A stretch of DNA of 64,000 nucleotides from Eubacteriales bacterium (GTDB taxonomy: Bacteria; Bacillota; Clostridia; Lachnospirales; Lachnospiraceae), in NCBI GenBank assembly GCA_030526005.1, contig JAUNDP010000010.1:8004-72003 (forward strand), written 5' to 3'. The notes below the pieces were generated by a model. That model was not told the origin of the DNA. It ran no database searches and saw nothing but the letters and a program-made list of their open reading frames with translations. Made by a program: the position numbers and the translations under genes. Positions 1 to 9,351 of this stretch are shown here, in pieces (position 1 is the stretch's first letter; each line of letters opens with the position of its first letter).

Positions 1-183
1 ATTACCGGTTTTGCAAACTCAGTCGCTGCACCGGCGATTGAATTTAAAAAAGAAGGGCAAGTTTTTGGAATTGGCTGTAAAATATTTACGATTGCAGGTC
101 CAGTGATCTTGTATGGAATTTCAGTGAGCTGGCTTTTAGGACTGATCTATTATCTTTTAAGAATAACGGGGGTAGTCGGATGA
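1..183 (+). CDS. spoVAC: Stage V sporulation protein AC, C-terminal fragment (5' end lies outside the window)
   Basis: Frame 1 is open from the window edge (ITGFANSVAAPAIEFKKEGQVFGIGCKIFTIAGPVILYG...) and hydrophobic. The TGA at 181-183 overlaps the ATG of the following spoVAD-like gene, matching the usual spoVAC-spoVAD-spoVAE order. Confidence 0.6.
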   Translation: MTGFANSVAAPAIEFKKEGQVFGIGCKIFTIAGPVILYGISVSWLLGLIYYLLRITGVVG

Positions 184-1214
184 ATCAGATGAGAGGAAAG
201 CAAAGTATACAATTTGACAAAGCACCGTATCTGATTGCCTCGTCATCGGTGGTAGGCGCAAAAGAGGGGGAAGGTCCTCTTGGAATGATGTTTGACAGAG
301 TAAATGAAGATCCCCAGTTTGGAGAAGATACATGGGAAAAAGCAGAGAGCCAGATGCAGAAAGAAGCGGCGCAGATGGTTCTGGAGAAAACGGGGATGAC
401 GCCGGAAATGATACGATATCTTTTTTCAGGAGATCTGCTGGGACAGCTGACAGCCACATCATTTGGTGCAGGTGGGCTGGACATTCCGATGTTTGGGCTG
501 TATGGAGCATGTTCAACGTGCGGAGAGTCTCTTGCTTTAGCAGCGATGGCAGTCGGCGCCGGATATGCAGATACAGTGATGGCTTTGACCTCCAGTCATT
601 TTGCAAGCGCAGAAAAACAGTTCCGTTATCCATTGGAATATGCGAACCAAAGACCTCTTGCGGCAACATGGACAGTGACAGGAAGCGGAGCATTTTTGGT
701 AGCAGGAGAGAAGAAAAACAACGGTGCAAGGAAATTTGAGCATATCAGGATTACAGGGGTGACTGGCGGAAGAGTGGTAGATTTTGGAATCAAAGATTCT
801 ATGAATATGGGAGCATGTATGGCGCCGGCAGCATGTGATACCATCTGTCAAAATATGGAAGACTTTGGAAGAAAGCCGGAGGACTATGACAAGATTATAA
901 CAGGAGATCTGGGATATATCGGACAGAAAATCTTGATTGATCTTTTAAACGAGAAAGGATATTCCATCGAGAAACAGCATATGGACTGCGGAATCGAAAT
1001 ATTTGATCCTGAGGCGCAGGATACGCATTCGGGAGGAAGTGGATGCGGGTGTTCCGCAGTTGTTCTGGCTTCCTATATCTTGCCGAAAATCGAAAAAGGA
1101 AAATGGAAAAGAGTATTGTTTGTGCCTACAGGCGCCATGCTTTCAACAGTCAGCTTTAATGAAGGACAAAGTGTGCCTGGAATTGCATATGGCGTTGTTC
1201 TGGAACACGCCTGA
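180..1214 (+). CDS. spoVAD: Stage V sporulation protein AD (thiolase-like fold)
   Basis: 344-aa ORF. The N-terminus (IQFDKAPYLIASSSVVGAKEGEGPLG) and the overall sequence are typical of SpoVAD. It sits between spoVAC-like and spoVAE-like ORFs. Confidence 0.85.
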   Translation: MNQMRGKQSIQFDKAPYLIASSSVVGAKEGEGPLGMMFDRVNEDPQFGEDTWEKAESQMQKEAAQMVLEKTGMTPEMIRYLFSGDLLGQLTATSFGAGGLDIPMFGLYGACSTCGESLALAAMAVGAGYADTVMALTSSHFASAEKQFRYPLEYANQRPLAATWTVTGSGAFLVAGEKKNNGARKFEHIRITGVTGGRVVDFGIKDSMNMGACMAPAACDTICQNMEDFGRKPEDYDKIITGDLGYIGQKILIDLLNEKGYSIEKQHMDCGIEIFDPEAQDTHSGGSGCGCSAVVLASYILPKIEKGKWKRVLFVPTGAMLSTVSFNEGQSVPGIAYGVVLEHA

Positions 1215-1226
1215 GAGGAGGAAAAT

Positions 1227-1583
1227 ATGGAATATCTGAATGCGTTTTGGGTAGGAGGTCTGATCTGCGTGCTGGTACAGATTTTGATGGAGCGCACCAA
1301 ATTGATGCCGGGAAGAATTATGGTACTTCTCGTATGCTCAGGGGCAGTGCTGGGAGCGATTGGAATTTATGATCCATTTGTGGATTTTGCAGGCGCAGGC
1401 GCGACGGTTCCTCTTCTCGGATTTGGAAATCTACTGTGGAATGGCGTAAAAGAGGCAGTCAGGACAGATGGGATTTTAGGACTGTTCATGGGAGGCTTTC
1501 AGGCGAGTGCAGTCGGTATCTCAGCGGCATTACTGTTTGGATATGGGGCAAGCCTTATCTTTGACCCTAAAATGAAAAAATAG
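1227..1583 (+). CDS. spoVAEB: Stage V sporulation protein AE (SpoVAEB-type small membrane protein)
   Basis: 118-aa polytopic hydrophobic ORF (MEYLNAFWVGGLICVLVQIL...) starting 13 nt after spoVAD, with a GAGGAGG ribosome binding site upstream. Confidence 0.8.
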   Translation: MEYLNAFWVGGLICVLVQILMERTKLMPGRIMVLLVCSGAVLGAIGIYDPFVDFAGAGATVPLLGFGNLLWNGVKEAVRTDGILGLFMGGFQASAVGISAALLFGYGASLIFDPKMKK

Positions 1584-1835
1584 GTTCAGAAAATAAAGAA
1601 CAATGATTGGAAAAACAGAGAGAAGGTGATATAATAAACATACATTCCGTAAAAAACAGAATACTGTACAGGCGCTGATCTTTTGAAGAAAATTCTTTGA
1701 AAACCAGTACAGAAAACTGGAAGAAAAATTTTTATGTGTGAGCTACCGCAAAACAGAAAGAAAAAATTGAAGGGATGAAGGGAACCTTGAAAGAGAAATT
1801 TCAATCAGGGAATAATCAAGAAAGAGGGCGTGAAA

Positions 1836-3317
1836 ATGAAAGAAAACACAGCAAGATTTTGGAAAATGGCAAGATCCATTTTCTATGTATGTTTACTTTG
1901 CATGATCTGCATGGCAGGAATCAAAGTACATGCCGCAGAGAATAAGGCAGATATTACTTTACAGGAACCTGTGATTGTATCCGTAGATGCGCCGGCAGAC
2001 GTGACAACAGCGCTGCGCGTAACATGGAGACCTGTTCCGAATGCAGACGGCTATATCATTTACCGAAAAGATGAGGCAAGTTCTCAGTGGGTGAGAATCA
2101 AAAAAGTTGCAGGTCAGTCAAAGAGTTATTACTCTAACATTCAGCTGCAGCCAGGTTCTAAATATACTTATACAGTACAGTCTTTCTGTAAGAGAGATGG
2201 AAAAGTATATTACAGCACAAAAGGTACAAAGCCGGTATCAGCAGTTACACACTTAAAGACTCCTACATTAAAATCAGCTGCTTCTGCAGCATATAATCAG
2301 ATTAAAGTGGTATGGACTCCGGTGACAAATGCGCAGGGATACCGTATCTACAGAAAAGAAGCAGGAACAGGCTGGAAGTTAATTCGCAGAATCGCAGGAG
2401 AACAGAAATATTTCTGCATCGATTCAACAGCAGAGACCGGAAAACAGTATTATTACACAGTGAGAGCGACGTGTTCACGCGACGGCAAACTGTATCTGAG
2501 CGGATATAACACAAAAGGAATTGCCGGAAAAGCAATGCTTGGAACATCAGCGATCACATCTATCAAAGCGAGCGGCGGTCAGGTAGATCTGATATGGAAA
2601 CAGATTCCGGGCGCACAGGGATATGTTGTGATGAGAAGCACCACACCGAATGGCACATACAAAAAGATCCGTACTGCTCAGGGAATATCCAACACTGCAT
2701 ACACAGACAAACAGGTGACAAGCGGTTCTACATACTACTATAAAGTGCGTGCTTTTAAACAGGTAGACGGAAAATTTGTTTATGGCGGCTTTTCATCAGT
2801 AAAATCTGCATCTTTACAGTCCATAGAGATTATGGATTATATTCCTATGAGATATGACCGATATACACTTGCAAACGATCTTGTCAGACTTGCAAATGCG
2901 ATTGGAAATATGAGAATAGAACAGTTTGGCGGAATGCTTCAGATTGCGGGAGGAGATATTCTGATGCAGTATATCCCTTATGCAGATCCAAATGGTCCAG
3001 ATCCGAATCTGACCATTCAAAATTTAGGAGACGAAGGACTCACACTGCATGGAATCTGTATTGGAGATACGCTTACATCCATCAGAACAAAATTAGAGGC
3101 AAAAGGATTTGAAGCATTACCAGAAGAATCAGGCGCATACTTTAACTGCGGATTCCTCTACCGTGATGGCTCTATTGCGATCGGAACGAGAATTATCGGA
3201 GGAAGAATGCAAGGATATAAACTGATACAGTTAGACCCGGAACAGTACGCTTCTGTTTTATCTTCTTCAACAGAGTCCGCTATGGAAAGCTGGCGCACAA
3301 TGACGCAGCCGAAATAG
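1836..3317 (+). CDS. Secreted protein with three Fn3-like repeats and a distinct C-terminal domain (paralog A)
   Basis: Signal-peptide-like N-terminus (FYVCLLCMICMAGIKVHAAE). Three modules of about 90 aa carry the motif W.PV.(N/G)A.GY.IYR. The ATG at 1836 is preferred over the GTG at 1830 because GAGGG lies 7 nt upstream. Confidence 0.75.
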   Translation: MKENTARFWKMARSIFYVCLLCMICMAGIKVHAAENKADITLQEPVIVSVDAPADVTTALRVTWRPVPNADGYIIYRKDEASSQWVRIKKVAGQSKSYYSNIQLQPGSKYTYTVQSFCKRDGKVYYSTKGTKPVSAVTHLKTPTLKSAASAAYNQIKVVWTPVTNAQGYRIYRKEAGTGWKLIRRIAGEQKYFCIDSTAETGKQYYYTVRATCSRDGKLYLSGYNTKGIAGKAMLGTSAITSIKASGGQVDLIWKQIPGAQGYVVMRSTTPNGTYKKIRTAQGISNTAYTDKQVTSGSTYYYKVRAFKQVDGKFVYGGFSSVKSASLQSIEIMDYIPMRYDRYTLANDLVRLANAIGNMRIEQFGGMLQIAGGDILMQYIPYADPNGPDPNLTIQNLGDEGLTLHGICIGDTLTSIRTKLEAKGFEALPEESGAYFNCGFLYRDGSIAIGTRIIGGRMQGYKLIQLDPEQYASVLSSSTESAMESWRTMTQPK

Positions 3318-3377
3318 ACGTCAGAGGGGTTAAAAGTGACAGAATAGAAGAACACAGACAGAGAATGGTGCTGTGAG

Positions 3378-3416
3378 AGAAAGAAAAGAATTTTGATCAG
3401 GAGTTCTTTTCTTTCT
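3378..3416 (+). terminator. Perfect 13-bp purine/pyrimidine hairpin between the two paralogs (possible terminator or mRNA stabiliser)
   Basis: AGAAAGAAAAGAA (3378-3390), a 13-nt loop, then TTCTTTTCTTTCT (3404-3416), which is its exact reverse complement. No strong T-run follows. Confidence 0.4.
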
Positions 3417-3437
3417 ATTCTGAAATGAGGAGGAAAA

Positions 3438-4883
3438 ATGAAAGAAAATAGAAAATATCTGAAGTCAGCCCTGCTTATGTGCTTTTTTGCAGCATTCTTT
3501 TTCTTTGCAAATGTTCAGAAAGCGGATGCGGCAGTGAAGCTGCAGGAACCAAAGATCGTCTCAGTAAACGCGCCGACAGATGTGACAACAGCGCTCCGTG
3601 TGACATGGAAACCTGTAGAAGGAGCAGATGGATATATTATCTATCGCAGAGAGGAAGCCAGCACTCAGTGGGTGAGAATCAAAAAAGTTGCAGGTCAGTC
3701 ACAGAGCTATTATTCCAATATTCAACTGCAGCCGGGATCAAAATATACCTACACGGTTCAGGCTTTCTGTAAGGTGGACGGAAAAGTATATTACAGCACA
3801 AAAGGCACAAATCCAGTATCTGCTGTCACGCACTTGAAAACTCCGGCTTTAAAATCAGCTGCTTCTGCGGCATATAATCAGATTAAAGTAGTATGGACTC
3901 CGGTGACAAATGCACAGGGATACCGTATTTACAGAAAAGAAGCAGGAACAGGCTGGAAACTGATTCGCAGAATTGCGGGAGAGCAGAAATATTTCTGCAT
4001 CGACTCAACAGCGGAAACAGGAAAACAATACTATTATACCGTAAGAGCAACATGTTCACGCGACGGTCAATTATACTTGAGCGGATATGACATGAAGGGG
4101 ATTGCGGGAAAAGCAGTGCTTGGAGTTTCTGCGATTACCAACATTACACTCGACAGCAGCGATCGGGTGACGCTGAAATGGAAGAGTGTTCCGGGAGCAA
4201 ACGGATATGTGATTCAAAAAAGCAATACGCAAAATGGAACGTACAAAAAAATAAAGACAATCCAAAGCGGCAGTACGTTGTCCTGGAGCGGCAGCATAAA
4301 ACCAGGAGAGACGGCTTACTTCCGAATCCGTGCATATCGGCAGTTATCGGACGGAGCATTTACATATGGCGCTTTTTCAACAGTAAAACAGGTTTCAAGC
4401 AAAAATGTAGAGATTACACAGTATGTGGACAATGGATATGAAGGATCTACTGCCACTATTACAAAGGTAAAACGTCTGGTAAATGCAATCGGAGGAATGA
4501 CACAGTATAATGTAAGCGGTTTCGATTACGTTGCAGAAAATGAGAATACGGGAATCTACGTCGGAACAGAGTTTGATATGGCGCAGGGACTTTATAATCT
4601 GATTATTGATACAAATGATCCAAAAGTTGTATTCAACGGGATGAAAATAGGTGATACACAGGCTTCGGCTTCTGCAAAACTGAAGACGGCAGGATTTATA
4701 GATGGAGGGCAGAATCCTCAGGGATATCAGACATTTGTACATCGCAGCGATCCTGAGATTGTATTTGTGGGGACGCAGGGAGGAATTGTAACCACATATC
4801 AGTATGTGGCCATTGACCCGAGTCTGGTGAGCTCCTATTCTCGTTTTGCAATGCCAAGACAGTATGTTGCATACAGGAGATAA
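3438..4883 (+). CDS. Secreted protein with three Fn3-like repeats and a distinct C-terminal domain (paralog B)
   Basis: Signal peptide (ALLMCFFAAFFFFANVQKADA) with a GAGGAGG ribosome binding site. About the first 190 mature residues are nearly identical to paralog A. The third repeat and the C-terminal domain have diverged. Confidence 0.75.
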   Translation: MKENRKYLKSALLMCFFAAFFFFANVQKADAAVKLQEPKIVSVNAPTDVTTALRVTWKPVEGADGYIIYRREEASTQWVRIKKVAGQSQSYYSNIQLQPGSKYTYTVQAFCKVDGKVYYSTKGTNPVSAVTHLKTPALKSAASAAYNQIKVVWTPVTNAQGYRIYRKEAGTGWKLIRRIAGEQKYFCIDSTAETGKQYYYTVRATCSRDGQLYLSGYDMKGIAGKAVLGVSAITNITLDSSDRVTLKWKSVPGANGYVIQKSNTQNGTYKKIKTIQSGSTLSWSGSIKPGETAYFRIRAYRQLSDGAFTYGAFSTVKQVSSKNVEITQYVDNGYEGSTATITKVKRLVNAIGGMTQYNVSGFDYVAENENTGIYVGTEFDMAQGLYNLIIDTNDPKVVFNGMKIGDTQASASAKLKTAGFIDGGQNPQGYQTFVHRSDPEIVFVGTQGGIVTTYQYVAIDPSLVSSYSRFAMPRQYVAYRR

Positions 4884-4897
4884 AACAAATCTGAAAG

Positions 4898-4926
4898 AAG
4901 AGCAGTTTTTTACTGCTCTTTTTTTG
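4898..4926 (+). terminator. Rho-independent terminator after paralog B
   Basis: AAGAGCAGT, loop TTTTT, ACTGCTCTT, followed by TTTTTG. Confidence 0.7.
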
Positions 4927-4991
4927 TAGAACCACTTTACTGACACAGCAAAAAAAGATATGATGAAGGAAAAGACATGGAGGAAGAAAAA

Positions 4992-7148
4992 ATGAAAAGG
5001 AACAAGAGGAAAACAGCAATAGGGATCTGTTCTTTGATCCTTTTGGGAGCAAACGTAAATGCGCAGGAAAATGCAGACGTATCGGAAAATGAGTGGATCG
5101 TCAGCACAGAAGAGCAGACGCTGGATTTGAGTGACGAGGTAAAAACAGCATTTGGAGAAGTTATGGAAGAAAAGATCAAAGAGTTTGGCATTTGCGATGC
5201 AAAAGAAATGCAGGAGGAGAAGACAGGGCTTTATAGTCCCGGAGATACTCAGACAGGTGTGTGTTATACTATATTTTTAGACATGGAAAAAGATGAGATT
5301 CCAGAATTCTATCTTCTGTCTTATGAGCAGGAGAAAGATGGAAAGCAGTCATTGAATGAAGAGATTTATCGATGGGATGGTGCGGAGGCAGACCTTGTAT
5401 TTGAAGAAAAACACATTGCACAGACAGGAAAAGAGATGGTGACAGAGATCTATCATGAGAGCGGTCCGATCGGTCGTTACCAGCAAAGTGTAACAGACAA
5501 CTCTCAGGAGGAGGGATTTCTGGGAACTCTTTATCGGATGAGTCAGGGGGAGGTACAGACATATCTGAGCGTAGAGGCCAAAAATGGAGAGAATGGGATA
5601 AGAGAGTGGAATTTAGAATATGAAGATGAAACGTCTTCTTATGGAGAGATTCCAGATCTTCAGATGAAACTGAGGGGACTGGTTGGCGGCAATATGAGAT
5701 CGAAGCTGATTGCAGGCGCGCAGGATGAGCGGATGATCTATGATTCGTCCTGTACTCCTGTAATCTACGAGAAAAATGAGATTTATGCCGCCTATAATGA
5801 CATAAGTAAGATGCAGGAGATTTTAAATATAGGAGAAGAAAAAATAACCCCAGTTGAAACAGAAAAACAGGAGACTGAAAAAGAGATAAAATCTGAAACA
5901 GAAAAACAGGAAAGTGAAAAAGAGACAGAGTCTGAGACAGAGAAACAGGAAAGCGAAGCGGAGACAGAGAGAACGGTGATGGCAGCCGGACACACAGTGG
6001 AACCTGAGATTGCGCAGACAGAAAATGAGATTCCGGAAACACAGCCAGAGTCAACCGGTATGGAAGAAATGAAATATTATCTTTATATTCAAAGTCAGCT
6101 TGTTCCAACCATGGGGCTGATGACATCAGCAGAAATGACGGTCAACGATGCCGGAAATATAATCAGCGGATCAGCAGCAGGAGTGATGAGTGCTGTTTTC
6201 AGTGATGTCAATGAAGATGGTCAGAAAGAAATGGTTTTGACTTATCTTAAAAATAATGGTACGGATTCTGTAAATCAGATTATTTTTGAACTGTATGGAA
6301 TCCAAAATGGACAGGTTGTCAAATATGATGACACGTTAGATTATCCGTCAGATAAACAAAACAGATTGGGAATCTGGGAGAATACGGAAGCATACATAAA
6401 GAGAAAATATCTGTGCGTATATCATATCAGCGCAAGCGCCAGTCTGAGCAGCCGTATTTCAGATCTGTATATTTATGAGCTGAATCAGAACCAGATTACA
6501 ATGATTCGTGATTATCAATTTACTCGTGTTCCGGGAACTGCCGCGATGACCGAAGGTGTACAGCAGATCAGCTATTATTCAGGAAATGAAACAGAAATTT
6601 CAGAGGAAGAGATCGCTCAGGCAGAGAAGAAAGTGAAAGAAGAGCTGGATTATTTTGGATTATCTGATCTGAAAATGTTTGTCGAAGATCCAGTTCAAAA
6701 TTTAGACAAAGAGCCGATTGTTTCAGGAATCAGAATGTGGAAGAGCAAAGGAATTGACACAGAAAATATGATGAATCACACAATCTGGTTTACCGATGAT
6801 TCAGGACTGACGGAATATATATCTCCAATGCAGGCTCCTACAGCACCGCAGACGGAGACAGCAGATCCGGCAAGCTATTATATTCTGCCGGGAAGTGACA
6901 GCCATTATCTGAGTGATGAGGAAATCAACAGTCTGCCGACAAATCTGTTAGAGTATGCATGTAATGAAATCTATGCGAGACATGGAAGAAAATTTGCAGA
7001 TTCTGCATTCCAGGATTATTTTAATTCCAAGCCATGGTATCATGGAATAATTGAGCCAGATCAGTTTAATACGAATGTGTTTAATTCCTATGAGACAGAA
7101 AATATCATGCGTCTGGTAGAGAGGATGCAGGAGGTTGGAATCCGCTAG
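4992..7148 (+). CDS. Secreted protein with an acidic tandem-repeat linker and a C-terminal YARHG domain
   Basis: Signal peptide MKRNKRKTAIGICSLILLGANVNAQE. The C-terminus reads NEIYARHGRKFADSAFQDYFNSKPWY, the YARHG motif. The ATG at 4992 has GGAGG 8 nt upstream. Confidence 0.75.
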   Translation: MKRNKRKTAIGICSLILLGANVNAQENADVSENEWIVSTEEQTLDLSDEVKTAFGEVMEEKIKEFGICDAKEMQEEKTGLYSPGDTQTGVCYTIFLDMEKDEIPEFYLLSYEQEKDGKQSLNEEIYRWDGAEADLVFEEKHIAQTGKEMVTEIYHESGPIGRYQQSVTDNSQEEGFLGTLYRMSQGEVQTYLSVEAKNGENGIREWNLEYEDETSSYGEIPDLQMKLRGLVGGNMRSKLIAGAQDERMIYDSSCTPVIYEKNEIYAAYNDISKMQEILNIGEEKITPVETEKQETEKEIKSETEKQESEKETESETEKQESEAETERTVMAAGHTVEPEIAQTENEIPETQPESTGMEEMKYYLYIQSQLVPTMGLMTSAEMTVNDAGNIISGSAAGVMSAVFSDVNEDGQKEMVLTYLKNNGTDSVNQIIFELYGIQNGQVVKYDDTLDYPSDKQNRLGIWENTEAYIKRKYLCVYHISASASLSSRISDLYIYELNQNQITMIRDYQFTRVPGTAAMTEGVQQISYYSGNETEISEEEIAQAEKKVKEELDYFGLSDLKMFVEDPVQNLDKEPIVSGIRMWKSKGIDTENMMNHTIWFTDDSGLTEYISPMQAPTAPQTETADPASYYILPGSDSHYLSDEEINSLPTNLLEYACNEIYARHGRKFADSAFQDYFNSKPWYHGIIEPDQFNTNVFNSYETENIMRLVERMQEVGIR
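5856..5972 (+). repeat. Three in-frame copies of a 39-nt tandem repeat encoding ETEKQE(T/S)EKE...
   Basis: Read directly: gaaacagaaaaacaggagactgaaaaagagataaaatct / gaaacagaaaaacaggaaagtgaaaaagagacagagtct / gagacagagaaacaggaaagcgaagcggagacagagaga. Confidence 0.8.
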
Positions 7149-7158
7149 AAAGGAAAGG

Positions 7159-7187
7159 TTGACACAGAAAAGAGAACCTACTATAAT
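7159..7187 (+). promoter_or_regulatory. Sigma-A-type promoter for the cbi operon leader
   Basis: TTGACA (7159-7164), a 17-nt spacer, then TATAAT (7182-7187). Both hexamers match consensus exactly. Confidence 0.7.
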
Positions 7188-7194
7188 CTAAATA

Positions 7195-7400
7195 GATTGT
7201 CCGAGAGTTGAATTTTTAAACAGGGAAGTCAGGTGGAAATCCTGCACAAGTCCGTTACTGTAACAGTCAGATACCTGATCAGCTTTTGGAAAGCAGTTTG
7301 CTTTCGTGCAATATTGCTCTGCGGCAACCGGAGAATAGTGCAAAGACAAGAAGAAAAAGAAGCACAAGCGTTGTCTGCCTTTTGGCGGCGACGCTTTTTG
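7195..7400 (+). promoter_or_regulatory. Cobalamin (B12) riboswitch with a putative terminator expression platform
   Basis: The conserved core AACAGGGAAGTCAGGTGGAAATCCTGCACAAGTCCGTTACTGTAAC and a B12-box-like AGTCAGATACCTG (7265-7277) are present. An interrupted hairpin (AAGCG..TGCC/GGCG..CGCTT) plus TTTTTG lies at 7366-7400. The element sits directly upstream of cbiD. Confidence 0.75.
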
Positions 7401-7475
7401 TCTTATAAAAAGTTATATGGAAACATGGCGGCGACATAGAACAAATTGTCTATGAGAAAAGCGAGGCAGACAGAT

Positions 7476-8651
7476 ATGGCAAAGAGAAAGACAGGATTAG
7501 AAGAATTTTATATTCTGAAAAATAATAAAAAACTCCATTATGGCTATACGACAGGTACTTGTGCGGCAGCAGCCTCAAAGGCAGCAGCAGAGATGCTTTT
7601 GTCAGGCCATAAAGTACAGGAAGTGGAACTTATGACGCCAAAAGGTATCCCGCTTTGCCTTGAGATTGAAGAGATTTCGATAGAAAGAGAAAAGGTTTCC
7701 TGTGCAGTCAGAAAAGATGGAGGAGATGACCCTGATGCAACACATGGAATTTTAATTTTTTCTACTGTAAAAAAAATTCCCGAAAAAAAGATTGCGATCG
7801 ATGGGGGGAGCGGAGTTGGAAGAGTCACGAAAAAAGGGCTGGAACAACGTGTCGGCAATGCAGCGATCAATCGGGTGCCTCGTGAGATGATTGCGCATGA
7901 ATTAAAAGAAATCTGTGAGGCTATGGACTATGAAGGAGGCATTTCGGTTGAAATTTCCGTTCCTGAGGGAGAGAAAATAGCAAAAAAAACGTTTAATCCG
8001 AAATTAGGAATCGAGGGTGGAATTTCGATTCTTGGGACGAGTGGCATTGTGATACCGATGAGCGAGGAGGCGCTGATTGCAAGTATCCGTGTAGAGATGG
8101 AGATGAAGAAAGCAAACGGAGCACAGTATCTTTTGATCACTCCGGGAAATTATGGGGCTGATTTTTGCAGGTCGCAGCTTGAATTAAATCTGGATCATGC
8201 GATGAAGTGCAGCAATTATGTGGGAGAGACGATTGATATGGCGGTATCATCAGGGATAAAAGGAATTTTGTTTGTCGCACATCTCGGAAAATTTATCAAA
8301 GTGGCAGGCGGAATCATGAATACACATTCACGCTGTGCTGACAGCCGTGCAGAGATTTTGGCATCGAATGCAATCCGTGCCGGAGCATCTCTGGAGACTG
8401 CAAAAAGACTGCTTGACACTGTCACAACAGATGAAGCCATTTCGATTTTAAATGAGACGGGACAGACAGAAGCGGTGATGAAAAAAGTAACAGAAAAAAT
8501 CCGATTTTATCTTCAAAACAGAGCAAATGGCATGATAGAGACGGAAGCCGTGATTTTCTCAAATGAACATGGATTTTTGGGAAAAACAGAGGGAGCGGAC
8601 AGGTTACTGAACAGGATAAAGGCAGATGAAAAAAATGAAAATAGAGTATAA
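7476..8651 (+). CDS. cbiD: Cobalt-precorrin-5B (C1)-methyltransferase CbiD
   Basis: HYGYTTGTCAAAASKAAAEMLL is the CbiD signature. The start is uncertain: ATG 7476 has GAGG 9 nt upstream, and in-frame alternatives are TTG 7446 and ATG 7452. Confidence 0.85.
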   Translation: MAKRKTGLEEFYILKNNKKLHYGYTTGTCAAAASKAAAEMLLSGHKVQEVELMTPKGIPLCLEIEEISIEREKVSCAVRKDGGDDPDATHGILIFSTVKKIPEKKIAIDGGSGVGRVTKKGLEQRVGNAAINRVPREMIAHELKEICEAMDYEGGISVEISVPEGEKIAKKTFNPKLGIEGGISILGTSGIVIPMSEEALIASIRVEMEMKKANGAQYLLITPGNYGADFCRSQLELNLDHAMKCSNYVGETIDMAVSSGIKGILFVAHLGKFIKVAGGIMNTHSRCADSRAEILASNAIRAGASLETAKRLLDTVTTDEAISILNETGQTEAVMKKVTEKIRFYLQNRANGMIETEAVIFSNEHGFLGKTEGADRLLNRIKADEKNENRV

Positions 8652-8663
8652 CAGGAGGAAGAT

Positions 8664-9350
8664 ATGGCAGGAAAATTATATGGATTAGGAATCGGACCGG
8701 GCGATCCGGAACTGCTGACATTAAAGGCAGTGCGCCTGATAAAAGAAAGCGACGTGGTATTTGTTCCAGGAACAGATCCGAAAGATACGGTGGCATACCA
8801 GATCACCGTACAGGCTGTTCCGGAATTAGAAGACAAAGAGATCGTAGGAATTGCGATGCCGATGACGAAAAATCTGGAGCTGTTAGAGGAGACACATGAA
8901 AAAGGTGCAAATGAGGCTGCAGAATATCTGAAAGATGGAAAACAGTGCGTATTTTTGACACTAGGCGATCCTACGGTCTATTCTACTTATATGTATATCC
9001 ATAAAAAAATTCAGAAACTGGGATATGAGACAGAGATTGTAAGCGGAATCCCTTCTTTTTGCGCCGTTGCGGCAAAAATGGGAATCAGCCTGTCAGAAAA
9101 GGCAGAAGAACTGCATGTGATTCCGGCTGTATATCAGATTGAAGAAGGAATGGAATTAAAAGGCACAAAAGTATTTATGAAAGTTGGCAAAAGAAGCGGA
9201 CGGCTGCGTGAACTGCTCAAAGAAAAAAAGGCAGATGCAGTGATGATCGAAAACTGCGGAATGCCGGGAGAAAAAATATTTTCCAAAGCAGAGGATTTTC
9301 CAGATACGGCAGGATACTATTCGCTTGTAATTGCAAAGGAGGGAGAATAA
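8664..9350 (+). CDS. cbiL: Cobalt-precorrin-2 C20-methyltransferase CbiL
   Basis: The N-terminus (LYGLGIGPGDPELLTLKAVRLIKESDVVFVPG) is typical of tetrapyrrole methylases of the CbiL/CobI type. Confidence 0.85.
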   Translation: MAGKLYGLGIGPGDPELLTLKAVRLIKESDVVFVPGTDPKDTVAYQITVQAVPELEDKEIVGIAMPMTKNLELLEETHEKGANEAAEYLKDGKQCVFLTLGDPTVYSTYMYIHKKIQKLGYETEIVSGIPSFCAVAAKMGISLSEKAEELHVIPAVYQIEEGMELKGTKVFMKVGKRSGRLRELLKEKKADAVMIENCGMPGEKIFSKAEDFPDTAGYYSLVIAKEGE

Positions 9351-9351
9351 T

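Noticed and set aside
1586-1804. 72-aa minus-strand ORF in the spoVAE / Fn3-paralog intergenic region
   Set aside because: It has no ribosome binding site and is low complexity. The region is more likely a promoter or 5' UTR for the downstream secreted protein. An imperfect hairpin (CTGTACAGG...CCAGTACAG) is present but too weak to call.
5269-6126. 285-aa minus-strand ORF
   Set aside because: It is antisense to the YARHG-domain gene. Its Ser/Leu/Phe/Pro-rich, low-complexity translation is what the complement of GAA/AAA-rich coding sequence produces, and it has no ribosome binding site.
7233-7439. 68-aa + strand ORF between the YARHG gene and cbiD
   Set aside because: It lies entirely within the cobalamin riboswitch and its expression platform. 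It has no ribosome binding site and starts inside the conserved riboswitch core, so it is better explained as leader RNA.
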